Source: Ramazzottius varieornatus
Taxonomy: Eukaryota > Animalia > Tardigrada
Length of the DNA: 41,431 bases
NCBI GenBank assembly: GCA_001949185.1
Contig: BDGG01000005.1
Location: 1,061,063-1,102,493, forward strand
Reading direction: 5' to 3'
The number at the start of each line of letters is the position of its first letter. Position 1 is the first letter of the stretch. Shown here in pieces: positions 19,936-31,682 of this stretch. The position numbers were made by a program, and so were the translations under genes. The notes under the pieces are model-generated. The model did no database searches and was not told the origin of the DNA. It saw nothing but the letters and a program-made list of their open reading frames with translations.

Positions 19936-20976
19936 TTAACAGTATAAGAGCCGGAGCTTGTTGATGTCGCCGGATGAGAGACCCGTAGCTTTCCCAACGG
20001 TGACGCCCTCTTTCAGCGGCGTCATGGTAGGAATGGAAGCAGTTTTCGCCCGAAAAAAGCCGTCAGGGTGTGTTAGTGAGTTGTAATCATAGGGCATCTC
20101 CTCAAGTGGCAAGTCCGTCTTGTTTAGCTTGGCAAACAATGGAGCGTCAACTGAAAAAGAATAAAGCCTCTCATGCTTTCAAGCTTACTTGACTACAGAA
20201 GTGTGAAGGACTTTGCATGATGACGTACGTGGTGAGATGTTGTCCCAGTTGACAGTGATGCTGCTGTCCCGATCGGGACGCTGATGCTCGTTGGGGAGAC
20301 CCAGAAGATGCAAGAGCTGGCGTAGCATTTTTTTCCGCTCTAGGCAGAATGGCACCATCAGCTGCATTACTTGAGCTTTGCCTTGACGTCCCGTGGGACC
20401 GGCGCAGCTGCAAGATACAGTTGCAAGTTATGTACAGCTTACAAATTGCACTGCGATGTTAACACTTGATTCGGCAAACAATATATTAATGATTCTTCAA
20501 GTCAGGAAAACAGTAAACAAGGAAGTGATGTCTGATGATATTTGCTTGGGCGCGATCTTACTCAAATCCCGCGCTCAGCTCTACAAAGTCATCTTCCGTG
20601 GTTCGGGGCATAAAATGGATGCAGGAGGCTGCTTCAATTTCTTCCATGGCGTGCAGAATCGTGTTGTTTTTGCTGTCGAAATTCTCTGCAGGCACGTGTC
20701 CCAGATTATGAATACTATAGAGAGCAGATGTGATAACGGGGATTCGAAACGAACTTACGAACTGACTTGGATAGCTTGTAGGGAACCATTGCGTTTGGCC
20801 AGAGACTTGGAATGGTATCCCATCTTCCCACAGCGGTCACTACAATCGGCGAATTGGGAAGATATATCCCCCACATGCTTCAATATCACCACTAAAATGT
20901 ACGAAGCGTTCTTACCGCTGTACGTGAGAGTTAGCAGGAAGACTGATGCCAAAAAGATTGTCCGTGAACTATGCAT
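19936..20976 (-). CDS. Secreted astacin (M12A)-family homologue, predicted catalytically inactive, multi-exon
   Basis: Signal-like MHSSRTIFLASVFLLTLT; LWPNAMVPY; AMEEIEAASCIHFMPRTTEDDFV; RQLLHLLGLPNEHQRPDRD; PYDYNSLTH; GLSSGDINKLRLLYC. Confidence 0.85.
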
Positions 20977-21452
20977 GATTTCCGTAACCAGGACATAGGC
21001 CGGGTAAACAAAATCCGGAAGAGCACTTCCGTTTCAGCTGACCTGTGTTTGACTGCGTGCATGAGCATTGATTCTTCGGAGCAATCTTTTCGTTCTCCAC
21101 GACTTGTCTGCAACGTCTTCTCTGTTATCTTCTTGAAAATGAAAAATACTGGTTTGACAAGTGGGCAATGGCCGCGCTGTTGTGGCTCGAGGCTGCTATT
21201 AACGTCCTCTCTGTGGGGTTCCCGGTTGGCGCCACCTATGCCGCTAGCTTTTCCAGCTTCTTCCAACCTTACTGATTCGGTTTTACGAAAGTTTGCGGTA
21301 CAAATTTTATTCCTCGACAAACCGTAAGAGGTTGCAAAACTTATCATGTTTAGCACTTTCTGTGAGTAGGGTAATATGACTGGCGACACTAGGCAAAAAG
21401 AATTGTACATATAAATTTTAAGAACGTACTGTTGTAGCACACGATGCTGTAA

Positions 21453-22196
21453 CTAGCCCATCAGTTTGAAAAAGCTATATTGATTTTGGTAGTCATCCTC
21501 CCGGCTGTCTTCCGGTTTTTCATCCACAATCTTTGCAGCAGATAGACGAGAAGAAGAGTAGGGTCGGGAATGGAACATAGACGGTGGGGGCGCTACAAAT
21601 GTATGTGAAGTAGAAGCTTGGATAAAGAGTAAACTGATCCGAACATGCCACTAAATTATTTTCAACCCCGAAAATATGATTTCAGCTTTCGAAGTAGTCC
21701 ACAAATTAACTCGATGTTCCACGCGAAACAGTAATTACTAGCTGGCTACACAATTTGTCTGATCGTCCATTTAAAATCTGCGGAACAACCTACCTATGCG
21801 GGTTTGTCGTTGAAGGTTGCCGTCTCCGCCCATCAAGTCGTCGTCAGAATCGTCATAAGGCATACCGAAGCTCGGAGAGATAATGTCACTACTTTCCCCT
21901 CGGTTTCCGTAAGGGAGGAACCACGTTGAAGGCAGCGAGAAGTACATGTTATCTCTCGGTTGAGTGACCACAAAGTCCGAGACTCCTGAACCAGAACTTT
22001 GAGAGACCTGCGAAACGGGATACATCGCAGGTCTCGGCTTGGACGATGGGGAGCGCTGCCCACCGAGCTGCATGCGGTTATTATAAGCCGAACTAGCCGC
22101 GAACCGCATTGGTGAATGCGGTAACGCAGAAGTCTTCCCGAACCAAAGGACTAGCCAGAAAGCAACGGGTAGAAATTTCCCGATGAAAACCGCCAT
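21453..22196 (-). CDS. Secreted peptide precursor B, ending QYSFFKLMG-stop
   Basis: Signal peptide MAVFIGKFLPVAFWLVLWFGKTSA; PSTWFLP motif; acidic spacer; RQTR site; phase-1 intron 21793-21593; last exon APPPSMF...KPEDSREDDYQNQYSFFKLMG. Confidence 0.8.
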
Positions 22197-23334
22197 TGTC
22201 AATGAATTTTAGATTTCTAGAGGATAAAATAGGAAATCCAGCGTCTGAAAATATGAGAAAAGCGCTTTACAGTAGCGGAAAAACAGGATAAGGCTTAGCA
22301 GAGAGAACTGATGGGAAGAGCGTGAGTCAGACGGACTCTTTACCCTGCCAATTATCCGGGGGAGATTATATAGCATTGGCAAAGAGACAGATCCTTCCGG
22401 CAACGTTGGGAGAACGAAGGTTCTAATGTCAAGCCGTGGCTTTGGGACGGTTTTAAGCGGCAGTCAAACATTGGGCTTGTGTGGTGCTGGCATTGACACT
22501 GTAACGGCCTACAAAAGGGAATGAGGGCGGCATTGTTCAAGCAGGCGCCTGGAGTGAGGCTTCAAGGGCATATCAGATGACGTCCCATATGTCGCCTCTT
22601 TTGTCAACCACTTAAAAATATGGATTAAATACGATGGAAGGAGCAGGGAACTTGGGGATGATGCATGGTTAAGTGGCGACAGCTGGGCGAGCGAACCGGA
22701 AGTCCGCGCACGCCGATCTGGCGATCCAATTTCAAGCTCTTCTTTTCGACAATATAGCGGTGCCACCCTTCGGTTCGGCTATCTATCCGTACCGGCAATA
22801 ACTCAGCTTGCAACAAGTCTTTCCGGGATTACCGGGGTTAGCAAACAACGCGTTTCTTAAGCAGCAAGTCACAACATGGACAGACGGCAGTAAAAGACTC
22901 ATAGCGAGCCTGCGTTGGTCCTTTAACGATCATCTGAAATTCGGATACACATTAAATTATCATTTATTAGTCTAATTCGGAAGATTCTGGTTCGTGGTCT
23001 AGACCGAGTATAAAGCCTAGAGTTGCGGAAAAGGCGGTTAAAACATCGTGCAGTACTATGCAAAACCGATTGATAGTGGGTCCTGTTTGTCAAGGCAGGG
23101 TCTGTGTCTTACAAAGTCCAGAGTAATGCGACATTAAATTGCGGTATTAAATTAAACTTATTATTTAACTTGGGACTTCTGTTGTGTCACGGGAACGTAC
23201 TGAAGGATTAGCCGAAGTCCACGGAAATTGCATTGCGGCGGAAGCGAGAGGTCGTCTGGGAATCAAAGAGCACGTATATCAAGAGTAATCAAAGAGTACG
23301 TGCGCATGATCCGACGGCTTTCATTCGAGGGTCT

Positions 23335-23869
23335 TTATCCCAGGACCTTGAGTAACCTTTGGTTCTTGATGGGAGTATAGCGTGGGTGCATTTCATCCAT
23401 GTAGTGCATGTCGACCCTTAGGTTCTTGGCCGACGTACCCATGAAACTCGGGAGCCATTGACTTGATGCACCTGCATAACTTCAAGGTACTTCAGATGGC
23501 TGGAAACGTGGAAATGAATATCTTATGTGAAAGGACAAACGTACCCCGTTTGACGTCATCTTCAATTTCATCGGGCAAAGTGTAGTCGGCCGATGCAGCA
23601 GGCGCTCTTCCGAATGCCATAGGAAATCGCGGCCACTTCTTCAAGTTTGGCAGGAACCAGCTGGTCGGCGATTTGACAAAGGCACTTTTTTCCGTGTTGG
23701 TCGAAGAATGCCCAACTGGATCCGAAGGGTATTCCTCGTAGGAGGAGTATGTGCGTGTTTGCGCCATTGCAGGTGGCACCAGACTCGAGCTCGCCCGAGG
23801 TTCGGCCTTCACCAAGGGTCCACAAACGAGCGCAACCAGCTGGATGCACAAGACCTTCCTGATATCCAT
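23335..23869 (-). CDS. Secreted peptide precursor C, ending KNQRLLKVLG-stop
   Basis: Signal peptide MDIRKVLCIQLVALVCGPLVKA; PTSWFLP motif; KK-WPRFPMAF-GR; acidic spacer; DVKR; phase-1 intron 23544-23472; last exon GASSQWLPSFMG...RLLKVLG. Confidence 0.8.
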
Positions 23870-24673
23870 TGCAAAAGTTTAGAGAAACCAACTATCAAAA
23901 TAAAACGTTTATATCAAACGAGAAACGAAGCAATTAGCTAAACTAGAACGGGTCAACCTCACCCTCGACAGTAAGTCGATCACCACTATATCGAAAACTG
24001 AACGCGGAAACTTTCGCCAAGACTTTTGAGTGGCAAATATCCTGGATAGTGCCTAGTTTTAAGGGGTGAGCGGCGTCCCCAAGTTACCGTGTTTCACTGT
24101 AGATATTTTCAGGTCGCTCTAAATCGGTCGGGAGGCGCTGATGGTCCCAGAGCAAGTATGAACCCGCCCAGGACGAATACTCACCCAAAGTGTGCTGACG
24201 CTACCCATGCTCCCTTATGGATCAAGGAACAGGCGTATGTGTGATGATCCCGGACTCTGGGGGCAATGGGTGCGACAGGAAGGGCGTTGTAGAATCCAAC
24301 GTACCTTTATTTGCGCTGAAGTTAGTTCAAGCTTGCTCAAAGTGGGCATTCATTGTTCTGAGTATTGTTCGGCGGTTCTTCCACCAACGATAATGTCAGC
24401 AAACTATTTTCGATACTCTAGAGTCTCGATGAACGATCACCACAATACGTCGTGACGTCCGGAAAAAAACGATTGACTTCCGCAGACGTCTTTTTATTCC
24501 GCTCTATCCAGACTAGAATCAACAATGCACATTCTATATGTGTTGAATGATGTGGAAAAAGCTTATTAGTGAGCTTTGAAAACTGAACATCAATGGTTAA
24601 AAATAGCATTTCAGAATCGAAAGAAGTACAACGGCATCGATAAAAGCAAGAATAACTTACAGGAGCTGTTGGA

Positions 24674-26152
24674 TTATACTTCCGGTACAGTTTCGGAAAG
24701 AAACTGTTTGTGGTACTTAAACTGGAAAGTGTCGCGGATCCATGTCCAGTAGATTTGTCGCACACGATCATGAAGCTGAGCTAAGTCGTTACAAATTTCG
24801 ACCAACTTTTGCAATAGCCGGCCTTTTTCGTCGGCGGTGCTGGCTGTGTAGCCGTTTGCGATGTCCTCATCCAGTAGGTCTACCATGAAGCCCAAGAGGT
24901 GAGGAGATCGGTGCTCTTGGTTGTACAGGCCTTTACAGAGCTCGTTGACAGTGGAGAAGTGAGTCTTCCAGTTGTCCCGAAGCAATCTGTAACCACAAAG
25001 AAACGAATGTGAGATTGGCTAGGCGAAAACGAGGAAGCGAAAAAACCGTATCTTCGTACCCGCGCAAGTAACTCCAGGGGCTTTCGTTGTGCACTTGCGC
25101 ATTGATATGTGCAATCGTATACCTGTGAACAAAATGCAGTAGTCAAACAGAGACGCCACAGTAAACTTCGTAAACCCAACCACGAAATGTGAAAACGTCT
25201 ACTTGTACAGTATGCACAAAACCGGCATGTCTGACTTGGTAGACGCATGACATCACGTGGTTGAAATTCAGTAGCGGAATTTCGTATAACGTCATGCGCG
25301 AAATTGTCCGAGGAAACCCTACCGTATCTCTTCGGCCAGCGAATCTCCCTCCAGCAAAGTCTCTTTTCCACAAGCCTTCGGTAGATTATCTAGTACGAAG
25401 AATCGGTGCATCCAGGCGCTGTTGTTAAAGACATCTTCTTGCAGTAGCCTGTCTGTGAACTGTAACTCAGAATGGTCTAAAATCTGGAAGTGACGGAGGA
25501 TGTGCTGTCGATACTGCCAGACATGATAATTCTTAGCGTCGTTCTTTAGGATCTTAGCCGCGAAGTCCAACTCCTTCGACCAGTCTTTCAGCAACTCTAC
25601 AATCCTCTGTCGATGGTACCATACCTGGTAGTTTTTCGGGTGCTTCTCGATCACTCTAGAGATGTAACTCAGCTCGACATTCAGGTCGCGCTTCAAGAAA
25701 GCCAAGGCTTTCCTTCGATACACCCACACAGCGTAATTGGCAGCGTTCAGTTTCGCTGCCTGAGTCGCCACTTGCAGTCCTCTTTCCGATAGCTCTCCAC
25801 TAGCAGATATAGCTCGGAAATATCCAAAGACGCTCTGGAATCGTGCTTCGAAAGCGATGGGCATGACGGAGCCTACTACCAAAGCGACGGGTGTAACGTC
25901 TTTCCATTCGGGAAGTTCTTCGAAGAGGATACTTGTGCACTCGTCATCACTTTCTTCCGAGTCACTTTCCGATGCTCCACTTTGCATTGCTACATCTTCT
26001 TGCTGCTGCTGTTGGATCTTGGTGGTGTCTGCCGATTTTGTCGGAGCCCCGTCGACTTCGATCATCAAATCCACCGCTGAATCCTCCTTGTCCAGAGTTG
26101 TCTCGGCATCCCCCTGCCCTCGGCCTTTGCTGATCACTGCTTCGCTTTCCAT
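24674..26152 (-). CDS. FNTA: Protein farnesyltransferase/geranylgeranyltransferase-I alpha subunit, 3 exons
   Basis: PEWKDVTPV; PPTA repeats NAANYAVWVYRR, PKNYQVWYHRQ, DAKNYHVWQYRQ, DVFNNSAWMHRF, HNESPWSYLRG; HDRVRQIYW. Confidence 0.93.
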
Positions 26153-26599
26153 CACTTCTGCTCCTATGATTCCCGCCGCAATACCTATGACAGAAAGAGA
26201 TAGAGCCTTGATAAGAAGTTTTAGAACTTGAGAAGGTCGGGGGGAAACCTGGAAAAGATCGATCATTGATGTGACTGCGAAGTGAACCGTATTACTTGCA
26301 GTACGTACACTATTACCATAACGTCATGTCATAGATATCATGACTTCCGCGTGTACAGTACAGTGTACACACTCTGACTCTTGTCATAATCTCCCGCAAG
26401 TCCAGTTTCTCGACTTTCTCCGGTCTCAAGAATCCCGACGAAAGGGGAACGACCAGCACCAACGTGAATCCGAAACTGTGGAATCGTCAATTCATCAGGT
26501 GTAAAGACCAAAGTTACCCATCAGAGTTTCGCTAAGCATAAAACCGAAATGCGGTTTAAAAAAGAAGACATGGAAAAAAGAGCCGAAGGACATTTCCAC

Positions 26600-27175
26600 T
26601 CATTGCTTCTTGGTGGCAACTCTAGAAATCTCGAATCTCTGCTTGCTGGTGTGCCACAAAAAGTAAGGAATGCCAACGGTGGGAACACACATGATCAAAA
26701 AAGTAATCCAGTCAGCGTAATGAGGAGCGAAAAGGCGATTGAACTGATTAATTTCCCAGATTTGTCCTTCACCAGGCGAAGAAGTCCATCCAACAGCAAT
26801 CTGCGCATCTCTTGCTTCTCCAGTTCGATACTGGACTCGTGCAGCCGTAAAGTTGAAGATGCGGTACTCTTTTGGTTGCAAGATCAGCGTGTGAGTGACG
26901 TTCGCGCCAGGAGCGATGCGATCCCAATGAGCTTGAGTAAAGCCCGTAACGAAGTCAAAGTCAGCCTTATCGAAGTTGGATTCATCGAGGTGGACATCGT
27001 AAGCTGTAGAGTCACCGACGTTGTGGAGACCGTATTGGACCGTCACGTCTTTCTTCTGGACTAGATGTTGGTTGAGGATGTGCTTGGAGGCCAGGAGACG
27101 CGCACCAGAAGTTGCTTCTTGAGCCGCTCCGAGTCCAACCAGAGCGCACATCGCTATCCATAGCACGAGTCCCAT
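26600..27175 (-). CDS. SSR2: Translocon-associated protein beta (signal sequence receptor beta), single coding exon
   Basis: Signal peptide, ARLLASKHILN, YGLHNVG, WDRIAPGANVTH, FNFTAARVQY, TSSPGEG, C-terminal TM ending GIPYFLWHTSK. Confidence 0.95.
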   Translation of the reverse strand: MGLVLWIAMCALVGLGAAQEATSGARLLASKHILNQHLVQKKDVTVQYGLHNVGDSTAYDVHLDESNFDKADFDFVTGFTQAHWDRIAPGANVTHTLILQPKEYRIFNFTAARVQYRTGEARDAQIAVGWTSSPGEGQIWEINQFNRLFAPHYADWITFLIMCVPTVGIPYFLWHTSKQRFEISRVATKKQ

Positions 27176-27828
27176 TCTTGAGCTTTGCCGACTCCTCTAC
27201 AACAAAACAACCCGAGTTACGCAAGCACCCAACGGCGACGTTAAACGACTTACGGGAAGATTAGTACCACCGCGAAGGAAATCAGCCGGACACCTCGGAT
27301 CTTCTCCACGCATTTCCAGCTCATCCGTGACTTCAATATGACGTCACGGCCATGATGGATCCCCGTCGCCAGAACTGATACGAGACAAAAATCGTGACGT
27401 CAAGACCAGTAGGAACCTTCGGTTAATGAGCGTTGTCTGATCTTAGAGCCGCCCACCGATAGATAACGCGGTAGTCTTGCGCCACAACAACCCCGATCAA
27501 TCAGCGAGTTGGAGTAACTCCGACGCCGAGTAAGTACTGTACACGTTGGCTACCTTAATTATGGGCATGGGCAAAAATGTGGGTAGCGGAGCGAGAGCGG
27601 TGATGCTACGATTGATTCTATTGATTAGTCGACGTCAGCTAGCCGGTACCGCTTTCGCTCCGTCAGGACCGCCACTCACATTTTTGTCCATGCCCACATT
27701 TGAGGCAGACGCGTGTCCTGTGATTTTAATTTTATTGCATCCTTCACTTCGAAGTCAGAATTCAGATTCCTTGTCCGTTCTTCGCGTCCAACTCTAACTT
27801 TGAGTTGTATAACATCTACAGCTTGAAC

Positions 27829-29788
27829 ATGGCAGAATCTACTGGAGGAACGTACTGCTCGTTGTGCGGATCGGCGGACATCGTGACAGACTACAGCAAG
27901 GGCGAAGCGGTAAATCTCGAGCTATAATCTTCACCTCTTGGATATCTCGCAAGCATTTTCTCTTGTGTTTTCTAGGTATGTAGCTCCTGCGGTGCTGTTC
28001 AAGAAGAAGAGCTGATCACAAACACCATCCAGTATGAAGCTGGTAATTCTGGACATAACACGCTCGTCGGACGGAACGTCAACCTCGAAGGTAAAGGATT
28101 TATTCCGTCTTCTCGCGCATGATGTCATAAGCTTATACAGTATTTCCCGCGGAAATGCACTTCTGCATTGGTCTGTTGATTGCGTCGTGGGCGGATATGG
28201 CTGCCTTCGTGACATTCTCAGTTCACACTGTTTAGATGGACAGTGGATTGGTGCATCACCTATTGTTCATTTTGCAGCCGAAGGATATCTCGGTCAAACT
28301 GGCAACCCGATGAAAGGCGGTATCGCTCGATCATCCAGAGACACCACGCTGAGCAAGAATGAAGATCGTCTTCGTGGTCTCGGCGCTCAGTCGAAGTGCG
28401 GACCGGACATCTGCAATCACGGTTTTCGTGTATACAAGATGGCCTACGAAGCAGGCATGACTCGCAAACGTCCCCTCGAAACGGTACTCTGCGCCTGTCT
28501 GTACATCGCGTCCCGTCGAATGAAGACGGGTCACATGTTAGCTGATTTTGTCCATCTAGTCCACGGGGACTTTTACGAACTCGCACGAACAGTCAGGTTT
28601 TTCATCACGAGGTTGTGTATCACTGTCCCGATGTTGGACGCCACCATGCAAGTCGAACGGTTCTGTCACGAACTAGTCACGCATGATAGAACACTAGTCC
28701 CAAAACTCGTTAACTTGGGCCATAGGATCGTTGAGAGGATGAAGAAGGACTGGATCGATGCGGGGAGGAAACCTGGAGCGATTGCAGCAGCTGCGGTCAT
28801 CATAGCCTGTAGGGTGAATAACCATGAAGTAGCCATGGAAGACGTGGCGAAGATTGCACAGGTTTCTAGCATAACGATTAGGAGGAGGTTGCTGGAGTTC
28901 GCTCAGACGGAAAGCGCGAAATTGATGCCGAGTGAATTCTCTGCGGCGGACCTCCCTCGAGCCCAGCAACATCCTTGTATCGTCACTAAAGCCGCTGGAC
29001 GCTCCGCACCCCCCGTGAGTCGTCTTTCATAGCTTGTATCGTTCAGAGTAACTGTCCTGATGATCGTTTAAAATGACTTTGCGTTTCTTTCCGTACGAGA
29101 CCGATTTTCATTGTAGTGGCTAATCGACAACGAAGAGCGCTTAGGAGCTGCAAAGACGCTGAAAAGAATGTTGAAGCTTATCATTGATCTTTCCGGACGG
29201 GACGACGTTGACGGTAAGGCTTCGATCTCCACTGTAGCTGGAAGAAAACACGAGGGAAAACTGGGTAATGTTTCAGAAATCTAAACTAAGTTCGTCGTCC
29301 TGTTTTATCTAGAGGATGACTGGAACGATCTTCGGCACAGTCTAGTGAACCTGACTACAGCTATTGAAATGGCAGAGTCTCGGTGGCAGCTAACGGTGGA
29401 GAAGAGCTTATTTGTAGCGACCAGCTTGAAGTACGCCATAACCGACGAAGAGTTTGAAGGTGGGAGGAACATTGTCTGTGGAGAGTTCCTTCAGTCGATG
29501 ATGTGTAACGAGGCCGAAAGAGAAATCCGAGCTGGAAACCTGGACCACAAACATGGTGTCCTGATAACAAGAAGAGCTGATAAGAAACGGGAACTGGAAC
29601 AAGAAGAAGCTGAGAAACCCAGGCAGAAAACGAAAAGGAAGAATGCTAAAGGCGCCGCGCAGGGAAAAGGCACAGGAGTGCCTAAACTGGCGGAAGTGCA
29701 GAAGTCGAACAAGATTGACTATGAGCGGTTTAATGACTACCTCAAAGATTTTGATAGTAGTAACAACGATGAGCTGGATTTCACGTAA
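27829..29788 (+). CDS. BRF1: TFIIB-related factor BRF1-like (TFIIIB subunit), divergent, multi-exon
   Basis: Zn ribbon CSLCGS...GEA/VCSSCG; cyclin folds ACLYIASR...HMLADF, RMKKDWIDAGRKPGAIAAAAVIIACR, TIRRRLLEFAQTES; C-terminal SNKIDY. Confidence 0.8.
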
Positions 29789-30064
29789 TTTTTGATTTCA
29801 GCACCGACAAAGTCATTTTGTTTTATGTGAGTTGTTCTTTTGAATTTTTTCCTCATGGTGTTTTTCTACTAGCGGTTACTAGCGTCACCGTTTATCGTTA
29901 TGTTTGAGTTCTGTGTTATTTATTTGCAATAAAGAAACGTCATTGTACGTGGGGAGGTAAAAAAACTGTTGAATTCCGAATTTAGTTCCTTGGCGTTTAG
30001 AACAAGGCATGACAACTAACAGGATACAACGTGAACCAATGTGAAGTTTAGTGAGCGCTTTTAC

Positions 30065-31682
30065 TCAGACTTCGTCTCTCTGCTCTTCGAAATCGACAAC
30101 AGCCTCCATAGCGTCAAAATCTTCAAAAGTAATTTGGTCCTCGTCTTCGGCCAAGTGAGAAATGTCGGCGAGACTCGCTACGATATCGCCGGCTTCAGGC
30201 ATGGGCTCGTCTTCGTGAAGCCTTTTCTTCGGGCCACTCGAGACCATCGATGAGTTCTTCGGAAGGTAGTCTTTGATTCCCGCGGGCTAGAAACATAATT
30301 GTCACGAGCACGCGAGTATCGGCAAAGGTCTTGCTTCAGTTCACGTACAGTTACAGAAAAAGGGACAAGTGTTTCGCCCTTAGTTGGAGATTTGAACAGA
30401 AGAGCTGTTCGGATATTGTCCTTGAGGAACAGGATGACTCTGGTGCCACACGAGTGGCCCCAGCTAGCGCCCAGAGCAGGGACGATGTGGCCATCTTCAC
30501 CGGAAGGTCCGAACTTGGTGGTTACCTGGTTCGCTAGAACGACCTATAAAGCTTGTACTGTAGGACACAGAAACTGATAAACAAGGGAAAATAAAAAAAT
30601 ATTGGGATGGGTAAAGTGTACGTACCGCAAGTTGGTTCGTCGTGGCGATGGAGATCAACTTCTGCGTAACGCTGTTCAGGACTTTGGATCTTTCGGCCAT
30701 ATCTTCGAAGGCATATCGAAAAGGCGAAACTACACTGTCCATGACAATCAGTCGTACGTGTTGGTTGTACTTCAGAAAAGCTGGAAGGACGTTGACCGTC
30801 TTGATCACCTCGCGATAGTCACGACACCGGAAGATGGTAATGTTATCCAGAATTCTTTCCAGTGGGAGCTCTTCAGGCGGTGCTGCGCAATCTGGGAAGT
30901 AACAGCCGTGAGACTTGACAGTGGTATTTTCCACCGAAAACTGAGATGGACTGGACAGTCTAAGACAGTTGTGTGGGCAAACCGGAAACTTACTTTCGGT
31001 CTGGTCTCGGTTGAGTTCTTCAAGCATGGCCAGCGCCATCTCGGTCACTCTTTTCTCCACGAAAGATCCGTCAGTATCGATAAAGACGGCTCCCCCTTCA
31101 AGCCCATTAAGGACTTTCGGAATTTGTACGTTCACACAAAGCTGGAAACTGAAAGGAAGAAGACACTGACACTGACACGTATTTTAGGGAGTCCTCCAAG
31201 ATTGTGAGTTTCCCCTCCGCCGTACCACAGTTGTGTCTTTCCGATTCCCGGAGCACCAGATATTTCCGTCAGCTGCCCGATCTGAATACCTCCGTCCAGC
31301 AGATCGTCCAGCCGGGTGGATCCTGTTGTAATGGATAGGTTTGACTGGCTCTTCAGCAACAGGTCCATTCCTCTCAGGACGGAAACGTAGTCGGGCAAGA
31401 CTGATCCCCTGTAACTTCTGATCTGCTCGATGATACTCTTGGTTTCATCCAAAGACATTTGCAGCTCTGAAAAGTATGAAAACTCTGTTCAGACTGTGAT
31501 GTTCAGAGTTGGTGCGGTTAGTGAAAGTAGCAGACAAAGCTTTCTCAACACGAACTTGCGGATAGCGCCAAAATTTCAGCATCCGCCAGATCCGTAAAGG
31601 AGTCGATCTTTCCATATCCCAATTTAAGCAACTTGGTCCGAATGGCAGGCTCTAACGGCACTTGTCCTATATCCCGATCCAT
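30065..31682 (-). CDS. RAD51C: RAD51 paralogue C, multi-exon
   Basis: MDRDIGQVPLEPAIRTKL; LDDLLDGG; Walker A GAPGIGKTQ; VNVQIP...GLEGGAVFIDTDGSF; FRCRDY; Walker B LIVMDS...PFR; NQVTTK; PALGASWGH. Confidence 0.92.

Noticed and set aside
21771-21795. RFamide-type ending GRLFRRF of ORF 21771..22202
   Set aside because: It is intron read-through past the donor at 21793; no amidation Gly; the spliced exon gives the FFKLMG end shared with precursor A
30602-31207. Long antisense ORFs over RAD51C, and likewise 26549..27064 over SSR2 and 20393..20998 over the astacin gene
   Set aside because: Shadows of well-supported opposite-strand genes
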